This document shows positions 25,954 through 36,838 of a DNA stretch of 64,000 bases, piece after piece; position 1 is the stretch's first letter; each line of letters starts with the position of its first letter. The DNA is taken from contig JAPMXV010000022.1 in the NCBI GenBank assembly GCA_026936335.1, positions 169,290-233,289 on the forward strand, read 5' to 3'. The stretch is from Mantamonas sphyraenae STR306 (lineage: Eukaryota; Protista; CRuMs). A program made the position numbers and the translations under genes. Below the pieces are notes generated by a model. The model did not search any database. It had not been told where the DNA came from and saw only the letters and a list, made by a program, of their open reading frames with translations.

Positions 25954-27361
25954 TGCGGCTTTGCGTTTCAACGCAGCAATCTCGTTGCACACGAATTGCG
26001 CTTGTGCCTTCATGTCTTCCATCTTGTGCACCTGTACAGGCCGGCCTCCCTTCTTTGTGGTCCACATGGGCCCTGTGCATGAGGATGACGAGGAGGACGA
26101 CGAGGAGGACGACGATGACTCTGTCGACGCCGCCGACGACGACGTTCGCTGCGTGGGTTCCAGCACGGCGTGTGCACATTGAAGAATGGCAGACGTGCTT
26201 CGGTAGTTCTGTTGCAACTGCACGGTGGTACAGCGTGGGAAATCGCGTGGAAACTCATCGGCCATGAGTTCCACGCGGCTGAAGCGCCAGCCATAGATGC
26301 TCTGGTTGGGATCGCCCACAATGCAGATGTTGCCATGGACACTGCTGAGGTGCACTGCCAGGTCGTACTGCAGGCGATTGACGTCCTGAAATTCGTCGAC
26401 CAAAACATGTTGGAAGCGCGCTGCGTACGCCTGCCTCACCTTGGGGGCCTCTTCAAACAACACACAGGTGTGCAGCAGCAAATCATCAAAGTCCACCGAG
26501 TTCATGCTTTTCAGCTCCTTTTCGTACCTGTCGTACACGGGTGCCACGTACTTGAACTTCCACTCCAGCTGTGCGTCATACTGTGCATTGGACGCATGCC
26601 ACTCCTGCATCAACTGCTTGGCAAACTGCTTTGCTGTGACCCGTCCGTTTTTGGCTGCCGAGATGGCACTCAGGATGTCCCGTGGCTTGCGTCCCACAGG
26701 CAGTTCCCCCAGGCTCAGGCTGCCCAGAATCCGCTTGATCGTGCGCACCTGATCGTCAGAGTCCATCACCGCAAAGTTTGCCGGCAGCCCAGCCTCCTTG
26801 TGACTCTTGCGCAGGAATTGCATACAACACGAGTGGAATGTGCCCAGCATGACGTCTGTGAACCGCCGGCGAGCGGGTGTTGGGCAAAAGAGGTGAGCGA
26901 TTCGGCCCGGTTGTCAAGAACTCACTTTGCGCCCTCTCTGCCACTGTGCAGAGCTTACCTCGCGCCTGTTTGGCCAGTTTCTCCTTGCGCTCGCCAGCGC
27001 TCTTTTGTTTGCGTCGTTCCTCCCGCTTGCGCTCCACGCTGAGCTGTGTTTTGGGGGAGGCAAAGTGCAGCGAGAGCGCGCTGGGTTGTTGGGTCTCGCT
27101 GGGCACGAGCTGAGACTCGTCCACGTCCCCACACTGCAGTAACAACTCACGCACACGATCCTTCATCTCTCTGGCTGCCTTGTTGGTGAATGTGAGACCG
27201 ATGATGCGCTTGGCAGGCACCTTGTGATGGAGCAGCAGGTTTGCCACACGATGCACAATCACACGCGTCTTGCCAGACCCCGGTCCAGCCAACACGCGCA
27301 GTGCCCCTTCTGTGTGCAACACTGCCTTGCATTGCTCCTCATTCAGGTTGGCTGTGAGCAT
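23934..27361 (-). CDS. UvrD/PcrA/Srs2-family SF1A DNA helicase; introns ~26856-26958 and 25566-25602
   Basis: LNEEQ..AV, LAGPGSGKT, LTFTNKAAREM, GTFHS, VDEFQD, VGDPNQSIYGWR, QNYRST, TLHSAKGLEW and EEMRLMYVGMTRA, followed by a disordered C-terminal tail as in Srs2. Confidence 0.93.
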
Positions 27362-27474
27362 TGACCAGTGAAGCGGCAGCACCGGTGCAGGCAGGAAGGC
27401 GGGGTGGGTTTTGTTTTCGAAGCAGCCGCAGTTCGCCCCAGCATCGGCAACCCAAAAAAAGAACACATACACAA

Positions 27475-28689
27475 ATGAAGCTGTTTGTTGCACTTGTGTT
27501 GGCCATGCTGGCCGTGAGCGCTGTTGCTGAGACCGCCGAGGAGAAGCTCGAGGTCGCTGCCAACGAGCTGAACGCGGAGCAGGAAACCACCCAGTCTGCA
27601 GGCGAGCAGGAAAGCGCCGCCGAGGACACCAACGACGTCGAGGATGAGGATGAGGATGAGGATGAGGATGAGGAGGCGGAAGCGTTTGAGGACGACGACG
27701 AGACCGCCGACGAGGAAGACGAGGCTGCTGCTGATGAGGAGGATGAGGTGGAAAGCGAGGCTTCGACCGACGCCGAGGACGTGGCTGCCATGGACTCCAC
27801 CCCGGAGGAGGACAGCGAGGAGGATGACTCTGACCTCAACGACTCTGACTCGGACTACGACACCCAGGACATCATGGACTCAGAGGAGCGCATTTCGCAC
27901 CGCCTCGAACCGGAAGGCGGCTCTGGCCCTCTCCCTCGCCCTCGCACCCGCGACCTCAAGGGCGAGCTTGCCAACCTGGTCAACAACCTCGGCAACATGT
28001 GCCCCGGTGTCCGTCGCAAGAGTAGCAGCTGCAAGAACCTGAGCAGTACGTTGACAGGGCCCTGCCAACCCGTGTTTTCCGTTTGCGTCCTGCGGCTTTT
28101 TTCTGCCTTTTTTCGCCACCGCCGCAAACACACCACAAATCCTGTTCTCCTGCATGCCAGTAGAGTGCATGGCACGTACAGACACAATGTCTGTCTGGCC
28201 CACGCTTGTGTACACCTTGCGATGATTATTCGGTGACCTGTACACGTGCCCATGGACGGCACAGCAGCGGAAACACCTCAGCGACGCCGAAAACCCTCTC
28301 ATCCATTGCTCGCATCCTTGTTGTTTCCTCCTCCACACACCGCCCCGGGCGCATGGCACACGTACACTCACACGATGGATCTCCTCACAGGCTACACGTC
28401 GTGCCCCAACACGCCCCAGGACTTCAAGTGGCTGTCCGATGCCTACCGTGCGTGCGGCCACGTGCCTGCCATCCGCGATGCCTGGAACATGGCTCGTGGT
28501 GAGCCGTTCAGCCTGTGCCGCTACGACTGCAAGCAGAGCACGCTTGTGTCTGCCCCGCCCAGCGCCAAGTTCAAGGAGCTCCTCAAGGACCTCAAGGACA
28601 CCGACGACATCCAGGATAGCGACGACAACGCCGACGCCAACAAGGACATGGGTGGCAGCGGCTGGTGGTGCTGCTTTGGCTGGTGCTAA
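27475..28689 (+). CDS. Secreted acidic precursor with 6-Cys domain and WWCCFGWC tail, paralog A; intron 28046..28390
   Basis: Signal peptide MKLFVALVLAMLAVSAVA, D/E tract, spliced C-x9-C-x8-C-x16-C-x20-C-x3-C, and terminal DMGGSGWWCCFGWC*. Confidence 0.85.
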
Positions 28690-28775
28690 ACTCAGCCGTC
28701 ACAGAAACACCCTTGCATGTGCGTCATCTTGACATGCGAAGCAATGCAAAGGTGTTGATTTCGACTCTCCCCTTC

Positions 28776-31700
28776 TCACCTTCGGCGATGCTCAAACAGG
28801 GAAAACACGAGCCGGTACTCGTCGATCATGACACGCACGGCTTCAACGGCAAGCGCAGCCTCGTCGACGTCGTCTTGGGTGTTGTTGTTGGTGTTGGTGT
28901 TGCTCTTGCGTCCGCTGCTGCCTCCCTCTCCGTGGGCGGAGGCAGAGGAGTCTGCAGAGGCAGGAGGAGGCTTGATGAGACGAGGAGCCACAATGGCAGC
29001 GAGGTCTGCGCTTGCATAGCCGTTGTGTGATGCGTGACTGGCGACATACTCGAGAAAGTCGCACAGGAAGAACACGACGAGGTAGTTGGCCATGGGAAGG
29101 TAGCGCACACACTTGGCAACCATCATGGTACGTGCACTTGCTTCTGGGATGCTTGCGGCGGCCATGATCATGTCGTACAATTCATAGGTGAGCAGCGGTT
29201 CCACGAGACTGTCGAGGAAGGTTAGCAGCAGGGTTGCCACTGCGCGTGCCTGGGTCTCCTCCTGGGCAAGGTGCAACAGGGAGGGTTCGGCACCGCGGTC
29301 AAACAGGGCTCGCAACTGTTCCACATCGTTCTTGCGTGCTGTTCCAGGCTCATAGATGCCCGGAAGGGTCAACACCTGGTGTTGGGACAGGTACTGCACG
29401 GGACCACGTACCACCCAGGGCACCAGTTCGACGTCGAAATCCACACCGCTTGCCACAATGGTCATCCTGGCCATGCCTCTGTCTGCATTGTCCTCCTGCT
29501 GCGATTCCAGGGCGGAGGCGGCGTTGCTCAAGGCCTCTGCGTTGATGAGCATGCTGATGTGTGCACCAAACACCTTGCCCTGCCCACGGATGAGTTGGGT
29601 GTCCAACACACTGAGCATGCTGGCAATGGAGTTGCGATTCTTCCTGCTGGCACGCATCGACTGTTCCGCCTTTTCCACGTCGTCCTCGTTCAACGCATCG
29701 TGCACCGCTCGCATCTGTTTCACGTCCAACTGCTCCAATGCACGCAACCCAATGCCATCCGTGAGTTGCACGTCCGTACCCGCTCGCAACAGCGTCAACA
29801 CCGTCTCCAACGCCTCCGAACTGCCACGTCGGGCAAACACCTCGCATGCAAGATGCAACGGTGTCTGCATGCGCTTGTTCAACGCATTCACATCCACAGG
29901 CGCCCATCGTTCCTTCTTCTTCACTCGGAACTGGTCCAAATCCAGCAGCAGCAGCACCGTCGGTGCACTTCCGCTGCGAGCCGCCAGATGCAACGCTGTG
30001 TTGCCCTCGTCGTCCGGAACATGCACATCGATCCTCTCCTCCTCCTTTCGTTGCAATCCATACAGAAGCATCAGTTGCACCATGCTGCTTGATCCCGCTG
30101 CACATGCGAGGTGCAACGCCGTGCTTCCGCTTTTGGTCCTTTGGTTCATATCCAACCTGCTGGTGCTGGTGGTGCTGGTGGTCCTGCTGGTGCTGGTGGT
30201 GCTGGTGCTGGTGTGCTGTTCCCCCTGTCCTCCCTCTCCTTGTCCTTGCGGATCCACACGTCGGGTCAACCGTGCGGTCAGCCTGCTGAAACCAGACGCA
30301 GACGATGATGATGACGATGAGGTGGTGGTGGTGGTGGTGGAGACCGTTGATCCCTTGTCCTCCACACTGGCAGCCATGGACCTTCCCTCATCATACCCCA
30401 ACAACAGCGCAGCCACATCCTCATGGCCATGGGTCACTGCTGCACACAAAGCCGTCATGCAATCGCCATACCGGGCGGTGTTGATGTCCACCGGCCTCCC
30501 TTCCTCATCCTTATGGTTCGTCAGGATGTCTCGTACTGTATCCACATCCCCTGCTGCTGCTGCATCCACCATCCTCTGTCCTGCATCCTCCACCAGGATG
30601 TGCTCCTGCACCAGTTTGCCCCTTTCCCGTCTCTGCACGAGATGCGCCCCGAGTTTGTCCCCCAGTCGTGCTCGCTCCAATGACTGCATGTTCCCCTGCA
30701 GTGCGGGTGATGTGTGTCCAGACCCTCCCAGTAGGATGTGTTGTTCTCGCAGCCGTTGTGGGCCTGGCCGTTGCGCAAGCATCATGTCCAGCCGTGCCCC
30801 AATCTTGGCTTTGTCCACCGCCTTGGCTGCTTCCAGCGACCCACGCGCTGTCCCGCTGCTGCTTTGGCCCCCGTTGCCAGCCTTACGAGGCGGAGGCGGC
30901 TTCGGTTTCCATCCAGGCTGCATATACATGCCCTTGGCTGTGTCTCCTCCTCCTCCCACTCCACTGCTCTCACTGCTCGTGGTGGAAGAAGACGAAGAAG
31001 ACAACGACGAGGACGAGGACGCCGTGCCTCCGTTTCCGCCCTCTCCTGGTGTCTCTTGCCTCATCCCATGCTCCGCCGTATCTACACTCTGCATGGTTGG
31101 GTGTGTTTTGATCACCACCTTGGGCTTCCTTGCACGTAGCATGCTCATGGATCTGTTTGTCAGCGCCCTATCCTTCGGCTTCCCTCCTCCCTCCTCTTCT
31201 TCCTCCTCCTCTCCTTCCTGCCTTGTTGTTGCTGCTGCTGCTGTTGTTGTTGTTGTGCCATCCACACTGTCCACTCCGTCTCCCCTGTTGGTATTCACCA
31301 GTGCTGCCTTGCCCTCCCAGTACATCAGTGCCTCACCAGTGATGACACTCTGGTGCACGGTGTGCTTGCAATTCTCACACAGCACCCCGTTGCTTGTGCT
31401 CGGCAGGAAACGCACACAGTCACACACCAGACACACATTCGCTTCATCCACCTCACCCATGCCTCTCTCTCCTTCTCCCTTGTCCGCAACTGTCCTTCCC
31501 TGCGCTTGCGGTTGTGGCGGTGGTTTCGGCGGAGGAATGGACGGCCGAGCCGAGCTGGCCTTCTCCGCCTCCACCTGCCCTGCTTCTTCCTCCTCCTCCT
31601 CCTCCTGCTGCTGCTGCTGCACCGTCTCCACTTGCGTATGTGTCTCTTCCCTTTCCTGGCCCTGTGTCGTTGTGCTTTTGCTTCCGTTGTTGCTCCCATC

Positions 31701-32141
31701 CACCTGCCAGGGGGCACTCTGTCGTCCGCCGCCGCCTGCCTTTCGCGGAGGTGGCAACTTGGGTTTGCTCTGCGGCTGCTCTGTGCGTGCAGACCCGCCC
31801 GTTCCTTCGGCCGTGTCATTGTTCTCCCCGCCACCACTACTGGAGCCATTGCTGTTGCCATTGCTGCTGCTGTTGGTGCCCACATAGGGGGCAGGAGGCG
31901 TGCGAGAGGCTGGCAGTTTGGGTTTGATGCTGGTCTGCCACTTGGGGGTGCGTGTGACACCCTCCATGCGACCTGCCCCAGAGTGCATCTGCCATGGCGA
32001 CATTGCCACCTCGTGGGACGTGTGATTGCAGTTTACACACAGCTTGCGGTTGCTTTCGCTCGGCACAAAGCTGGTGCACGTGCAAATCCCACACGGGTTT
32101 CTGTCCCCCATTCCTGCGTTGTTTTGCCTCTGCGCGAGCAT
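28776..32141 (-). CDS. Multidomain signalling protein: two Cys/His fingers, two RPEL-like motifs, ankyrin repeats and a RhoGAP-like domain
   Basis: CGICTCTSF..CVNCNH and CLVCDCVRF..CENCKH; QRPGPQRLREQHIL and QRRERGKLVQEHIL; ankyrin GSTALHLA, GNTALHLAA and QTPLHLAC; RhoGAP FG...VPWVV...EPLLTYELYD...LP.AN. The start may be 32111. Confidence 0.85.
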   Translation of the reverse strand: MLAQRQNNAGMGDRNPCGICTCTSFVPSESNRKLCVNCNHTSHEVAMSPWQMHSGAGRMEGVTRTPKWQTSIKPKLPASRTPPAPYVGTNSSSNGNSNGSSSGGGENNDTAEGTGGSARTEQPQSKPKLPPPRKAGGGGRQSAPWQVDGSNNGSKSTTTQGQEREETHTQVETVQQQQQEEEEEEEAGQVEAEKASSARPSIPPPKPPPQPQAQGRTVADKGEGERGMGEVDEANVCLVCDCVRFLPSTSNGVLCENCKHTVHQSVITGEALMYWEGKAALVNTNRGDGVDSVDGTTTTTAAAATTRQEGEEEEEEEGGGKPKDRALTNRSMSMLRARKPKVVIKTHPTMQSVDTAEHGMRQETPGEGGNGGTASSSSSLSSSSSSTTSSESSGVGGGGDTAKGMYMQPGWKPKPPPPRKAGNGGQSSSGTARGSLEAAKAVDKAKIGARLDMMLAQRPGPQRLREQHILLGGSGHTSPALQGNMQSLERARLGDKLGAHLVQRRERGKLVQEHILVEDAGQRMVDAAAAGDVDTVRDILTNHKDEEGRPVDINTARYGDCMTALCAAVTHGHEDVAALLLGYDEGRSMAASVEDKGSTVSTTTTTTSSSSSSSASGFSRLTARLTRRVDPQGQGEGGQGEQHTSTSTTSTSRTTSTTSTSRLDMNQRTKSGSTALHLACAAGSSSMVQLMLLYGLQRKEEERIDVHVPDDEGNTALHLAARSGSAPTVLLLLDLDQFRVKKKERWAPVDVNALNKRMQTPLHLACEVFARRGSSEALETVLTLLRAGTDVQLTDGIGLRALEQLDVKQMRAVHDALNEDDVEKAEQSMRASRKNRNSIASMLSVLDTQLIRGQGKVFGAHISMLINAEALSNAASALESQQEDNADRGMARMTIVASGVDFDVELVPWVVRGPVQYLSQHQVLTLPGIYEPGTARKNDVEQLRALFDRGAEPSLLHLAQEETQARAVATLLLTFLDSLVEPLLTYELYDMIMAAASIPEASARTMMVAKCVRYLPMANYLVVFFLCDFLEYVASHASHNGYASADLAAIVAPRLIKPPPASADSSASAHGEGGSSGRKSNTNTNNNTQDDVDEAALAVEAVRVMIDEYRLVFSLFEHRRR

Positions 32142-32193
32142 ACAGAGAGGATAAGAGAGAGAGAGAGAGTGTGTGTGTGTGTATGGTCATGCA

Positions 32194-34878
32194 TTAGTCA
32201 TCATCTTTGGGCACAGTGCATGACCACGATCGGTCGGCAAAGGCCATGAGGACATCCGCAGGACGTCGTGAGGGCAGGTTGAGTTCATGGTCGACCAGAG
32301 TGAGGGTGAACAGACGCAACGAGTCGTCGCCACTGAGCATGGGTGGTTGTTGCACGTCATCCAAGTCCCCAAAGAGAACAGCGGTACAACCGGGAAGGTG
32401 GGGGGTGTTGTGCGACGTGTTGATGGGCACGTAGGCAAACATGTCTGCGTTGGCCTTGGTGGCATCACTCATCCAACTCGTGTGTCGGAATTGATCGCGA
32501 TTGAGGAGGTGGAGTGCCACACGGAGGGGGTTGGTGGTCTTGTTGCTACTGCTGCTGCTGCTGCTGGTGTGTCCCCTGTTCTTGCCTGTGCCCTGACTCT
32601 TGCGTTTGTCGAGGAGGGACACCACCAAGGCATTGGAAGGCAAATGCAGCATGAGCATGGGCGGGTTCAATGACACCGTGTGCAACCCGTCCACCAGCAC
32701 ACCCAAGGGTTGAGCACCACCACGAGCTGCACACGCCGTGAGCACGCATTGGGCGTGCGGCATCCCTGTGTACGTGGTCACCACTCCAGAGCCGCCGCCA
32801 CGGTTGGATGTGGTCGATGATGATGCGGTGCTGCTCCTCTGCGATGAGCGCACAGGCACCGCCAACTTGGACAACGGATACCAGCCACGTTGCACACGCT
32901 GCAACACACGCTCCATGCTCACCCCAACGCCCAAAGCCTCCTCCACGTCGCAAACACTACACACCACCATCAGATGGTCTCCTGCAGGAGCCACGTGTAC
33001 CATGCGGCATGTCAACGAGTACAACATCGCATCCTGCTGTCCTTCCAGCAAATCCACCTCATGGCTCACACTGCATGCCTGTGCAAGTTCTGTCTGGTCC
33101 ACACTCAGGCCATGCACAACCAATGTGGATGACTCGTCGTGTTCCCAGTGCGACTGCAGCAGAAGGGCCAGCTCCGAGTTGGCCATGACGTTGAAGTAGA
33201 CACATGTGGACGAGGCAACCACCACAGAGGACATGGTGCACACGTAATCATTGCCACATTGGAGCACATGGATGCTGCTGGGCACAAGTCGCATCAGTTG
33301 GCGCAGGCTTGTCAATCGCTTGCGCACAGCCTGCGACTCACGCTGGGCCTTGCGATCCATGAAGCCCACTCCGCTGCCGGAAGAGGTACCACTGCTGGTG
33401 TCGCCACTGTTGCTGTCCTCCTCGCCATGGTCTGCGCTGGTGTACACCATGCCGCCGTCTTGTCCTTCGCGCGAGTACACCCAGTAATCGAGGCCAGTCA
33501 GGTCCAGCGAGTCGAGCCATTGGGCAGCCTCGCTGGCACTGGCATGGGTCATGGCTGCCGTGGCCAGGGCGTCTGCACGTGCACAGTCTGTGTATCGGAT
33601 GGTGACACTGGCCACACTGTGCTTGCTCATCTTCATCAGACTCTGGGTCTCACGGTCCCAGATGTGATGGTAGCCAAACTTGTAGCTCTGCACGTAGTCA
33701 CCCGATGTCACCACACACTGGCCGTGGGCCACCCCAATGGTTTCCATCACCTCGGCCTTCCACGACGACGATGAACTCACTGTCGAAGAGAGAGAGGGCG
33801 ACGACGACGATGACAATGATCCGTCACCATCCTCCTCCTCCTCTTCATCATTTTCATCATCATCATCCTCCTCATCATCATCGTCATCACCAGCAGCCTG
33901 TTTGTTCAAGGCTGACCAGGCAGCAAAGACGGTGGCAAGGGAAGGTGGTTGGAACAAGGCACAGCGCCATTGCCTATGGACATGGTCACCCAACACAGCA
34001 ATGTCACCACCCCAATCCATCATGGCACTTGTGTATCCATGGCTCTGAAGGGCATCCACCACAGCCTGCACACCCTGTCCCTTTGCCACCCCTCCCACAT
34101 CCAACAACATGTCCCCTGCATGCGACCCTGCATCCATGCTCACCACCGCCTCGTCTTCCTCCACTTCCACCTTGTCCTTCCATCCCATGGCCCAATTGGC
34201 ACACACGTCGTCAATCTCCTGCGGCGTCGGCGTCCGGTTCTCCTCCGACAATGTCTGCTTCCACAAGCGCATGAGAGGTGCCATGGTGGGATCAAACCGT
34301 CCTCCAGTCATTTTGACTGCCCATTGTGTGTGAAGCAGCAGGGTGTGCAGGAACCCAGACACAGGTTGCCGGGTGTTTGCTCCAAGTGCCGCCGTGAGTC
34401 CGCTCACTTCCGATTCTGGGTTGTACTGGTTGCTGTGTGCGTACACACGGTCAAACACTGCCCGCAACACCTCCTCCACCTCCCCTGCCTCGGTTTCTTT
34501 GTCTGCATGCACCTTGAGGGTGAATGGAACCGTCATGGCAACGCCCTGAAGCACCACGAAGCCCTCTGTGTCCTGACTCACACTCTCCACCACCATACTC
34601 GGCGATTGCATGTGCCCCTGCACCTTTCTCTCCATGGCACCATTCCCACGCCCGCTGTGCTCATTGTGTGCACTGCCCAACAATAGGCGAGGCATGGCAC
34701 CGTCGTGAACGGGCTGTGTCTGCTGGGGTTGTTCATCCTCACGCGCAGCCACACGGCGCAGGCCCCCTGGAGGTCCACTCAGCAGTGACGACGATGATTT
34801 CGTGGACATGGACGCCCGTTTGCGTTTATATTCATCAGAGAGCACCAGCGATGCTGACGTCTGTGCATCCCAGCTCAT
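32194..34878 (-). CDS. apbE: ApbE-family FAD:protein FMN transferase fused to two flavin-reductase-like domains
   Basis: AMTVPF, YNPESEVS, GRFDPT, LDVGGVAKG, DWGGDI, VTSGDY, YHHIWD and ADALATA. C-terminal LRQLMR..PSSIHV, AGDH and VSLNPP resemble flavin reductase. A start at MSWDAQTSAS (34878) avoids overlap with the upstream gene. Confidence 0.88.
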   Translation of the reverse strand: MSWDAQTSASLVLSDEYKRKRASMSTKSSSSLLSGPPGGLRRVAAREDEQPQQTQPVHDGAMPRLLLGSAHNEHSGRGNGAMERKVQGHMQSPSMVVESVSQDTEGFVVLQGVAMTVPFTLKVHADKETEAGEVEEVLRAVFDRVYAHSNQYNPESEVSGLTAALGANTRQPVSGFLHTLLLHTQWAVKMTGGRFDPTMAPLMRLWKQTLSEENRTPTPQEIDDVCANWAMGWKDKVEVEEDEAVVSMDAGSHAGDMLLDVGGVAKGQGVQAVVDALQSHGYTSAMMDWGGDIAVLGDHVHRQWRCALFQPPSLATVFAAWSALNKQAAGDDDDDEEDDDDENDEEEEEDGDGSLSSSSSPSLSSTVSSSSSWKAEVMETIGVAHGQCVVTSGDYVQSYKFGYHHIWDRETQSLMKMSKHSVASVTIRYTDCARADALATAAMTHASASEAAQWLDSLDLTGLDYWVYSREGQDGGMVYTSADHGEEDSNSGDTSSGTSSGSGVGFMDRKAQRESQAVRKRLTSLRQLMRLVPSSIHVLQCGNDYVCTMSSVVVASSTCVYFNVMANSELALLLQSHWEHDESSTLVVHGLSVDQTELAQACSVSHEVDLLEGQQDAMLYSLTCRMVHVAPAGDHLMVVCSVCDVEEALGVGVSMERVLQRVQRGWYPLSKLAVPVRSSQRSSTASSSTTSNRGGGSGVVTTYTGMPHAQCVLTACAARGGAQPLGVLVDGLHTVSLNPPMLMLHLPSNALVVSLLDKRKSQGTGKNRGHTSSSSSSSNKTTNPLRVALHLLNRDQFRHTSWMSDATKANADMFAYVPINTSHNTPHLPGCTAVLFGDLDDVQQPPMLSGDDSLRLFTLTLVDHELNLPSRRPADVLMAFADRSWSCTVPKDDD

Positions 34879-34915
34879 GGGGCCCCTGTGTCTTGCTTGC
34901 TTTTGCCTTGCCTCG

Positions 34916-36805
34916 TCAGGCGAAATCGTCCCCAGACGACCACCCGTCATCGTCATCGTCGTCGTCGTCTCCCAAGGAACCTACCATGGACAGAGGCGTC
35001 TCCTCCACACGGAACCGGGGTGGTTTACGCCGGACCACGGGTGTGTGGGGCTCGTCGGAGGAGAGCTCGTCGTCGTCGTCCTCCTCCTCCTCCTCGGCGG
35101 TGGGTGATTCTGGCACGACGACACTGTCGTCCATAACCAAGGGTTTGCGTGTGCGTTTGGCAATGGTGACACTGCTGACCAGCACAGGGGACATGTCCGA
35201 GTGATCATCCTCACCCACGTCTGGGTGTTGAGTGCTCTGTGTCTGATGTTGCTGTTGCTGTTGATGTTGTTGTTGTTGTTGTCCAGCATGGTGTTCCCTC
35301 TGTGGTGTGGCTGTGGGTGTGGCTGTGGGTGTTGCCTGTTCGTCATCCAACAACACCTGTGCTCGTCGTCGTCGTCGTCTCCGTTTCCTCCTCACTGTGG
35401 CAAGTGCCACCAAGTCGTCCTCACTGTCCCATCCGTCATGCAATGCCTCCTCATCCACACTCTCCCTCAGAAACGCCTCTTCCAAGTCCCGTTTGCCACT
35501 GGGCGATGGATCTGCCTTGCGCCTGGTGTCCTGTACATGTGTCAAGGCCCTGTGTTGCACCCTCTCCTCCATGGCTGTGCGTGGACTCAGTGACGTCTCC
35601 ATGGGCATCTTCACCCTGGGTTGCACCGTGCGTGTACGTGTGCTCCTCTCCTCCGCCCTGCGTTCCATCAACTCGGCCATCCTCCGCCTCCGCTCCTCCA
35701 ACTGCTCCCGTTCCATCAGATCGATGGGGTTGCCCTCCAACGCCATCATCGATCCCAACAACCCATCCCCACCACCCGCTTGCTGATCCTGATGCCCTCC
35801 CTGTCCCACACTGAAGATGGCCTGCCTGCGTCTCTCCTTGGCTTTGTGTTTGCACGCTGTGCAGGTCCAGGAGCTGTGTGTTCCCCCTCGGCTTCCCCTG
35901 CGTGCCTCCCTCCCCTGGTCCTGTTCACTCATACAATGCAAATGGGCAGCCACCCCATGATGGGAGGAACACTTGCTGCACAGCATGAATGTCTGTGCGT
36001 GTGCTCCAATGGCACACGTGCAATACTCGCACAGAAGGAACCCCTGGCCCGCACGCACACGCACCGCCACAGAACGCTCCAGGGCATCACACAGCGTGTG
36101 ACCCTGCATGTCGACTGCCTCATACACTCTCCGTGCAGAGGCCATGCATGCTTGCACGTCGCCCAGTAGGGCGTCGCGACGGGAGGGTGTCTGACAATCG
36201 GGACACCAGAAGGAAGACGGAGGCACCACCAGCAACCCGGGCATGTTGGGAACACAGTAGGTGTGCACGGCCTGGTCACACGTGTCACATAGCAACAGAC
36301 GAGCATCGTCGTCGTTGCGTTGACACTCCATACACACACACAACGCCGCTTGGGCGTCGTGGTGGTTGGTCAAAAGATCCTGATCCGATTGCAGGTGCTC
36401 GGGAACAGCCTGTTTCTTGGGCGAGACGGCTATGCGACGCAACACGCCACTCTCTGGCAACAGACACTCAATGTATGTCACCTCCTGCTTGCACAGAGGA
36501 CACAGATTGGTCACCTGACACCAGGAATGGATGCAACTGACGCAGAACCGATGCCCGCAGGCCAGTTCACCCGCTCGCTCAATGGTTTCCAAACACACCG
36601 CACAGGGTGAGGAGGAACCCGTGCCAGTGGACGACGTGCTCTCTGTGGTCGAGGAGGACGATGACGATGATGGATCCCTGCTGTTGCTGTTGCTTGTGTC
36701 TGCACTGCTGCTGCTTGTGGTGAAATAGGGCGATGTAAAGGTGCTGGTCATCGACTCCTCCCGCACTCCAGCGGCTGCACTGCCTCCACCAGCGCATTTC
36801 TTCAT
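34916..36805 (-). CDS. RING plus tandem PHD finger protein (PHRF1-like architecture)
   Basis: RING CAVC..ACGHRFCVSCIHSW....LCPLCK; PHD CMEC...LLLCDTCDQAVHTYC...WCPDC; second PHD CEYC..CSKC..HLHC..WTCTAC. Confidence 0.88.
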   Translation of the reverse strand: MKKCAGGGSAAAGVREESMTSTFTSPYFTTSSSSADTSNSNSRDPSSSSSSSTTESTSSTGTGSSSPCAVCLETIERAGELACGHRFCVSCIHSWCQVTNLCPLCKQEVTYIECLLPESGVLRRIAVSPKKQAVPEHLQSDQDLLTNHHDAQAALCVCMECQRNDDDARLLLCDTCDQAVHTYCVPNMPGLLVVPPSSFWCPDCQTPSRRDALLGDVQACMASARRVYEAVDMQGHTLCDALERSVAVRVRAGQGFLLCEYCTCAIGAHAQTFMLCSKCSSHHGVAAHLHCMSEQDQGREARRGSRGGTHSSWTCTACKHKAKERRRQAIFSVGQGGHQDQQAGGGDGLLGSMMALEGNPIDLMEREQLEERRRRMAELMERRAEERSTRTRTVQPRVKMPMETSLSPRTAMEERVQHRALTHVQDTRRKADPSPSGKRDLEEAFLRESVDEEALHDGWDSEDDLVALATVRRKRRRRRRRAQVLLDDEQATPTATPTATPQREHHAGQQQQQHQQQQQHQTQSTQHPDVGEDDHSDMSPVLVSSVTIAKRTRKPLVMDDSVVVPESPTAEEEEEDDDDELSSDEPHTPVVRRKPPRFRVEETPLSMVGSLGDDDDDDDDGWSSGDDFA

Positions 36806-36838
36806 CTCTGCTTCTTCCACGTTGTTGCCTCTTTAGTG

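Noticed and set aside
23934-27361. Bacterial contamination or recent horizontal transfer of uvrD/pcrA
   Set aside because: The gene has spliceosomal introns and host-style poly-Ser tracts, and Srs2-like helicases are widespread in eukaryotes.
28645-28689. GG motif as a bacterial double-glycine bacteriocin leader
   Set aside because: The genes are spliced and eukaryotic with Sec-type signal peptides, and no peptidase-ABC transporter or modification enzymes lie nearby.
29356-31887. 843-aa plus-strand ORF and similar Ser/Leu-rich antisense ORFs throughout the window
   Set aside because: These are shadows of real opposite-strand genes. The poly-S/L/C runs are reverse complements of E/Q/D/S microsatellite codons.
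34879-34956. Overlap between the ApbE ORF and the RING-PHD gene
   Set aside because: The overlap disappears if the ATG at 34878 is used, which also places the flavinylation-like motif at the N-terminus.
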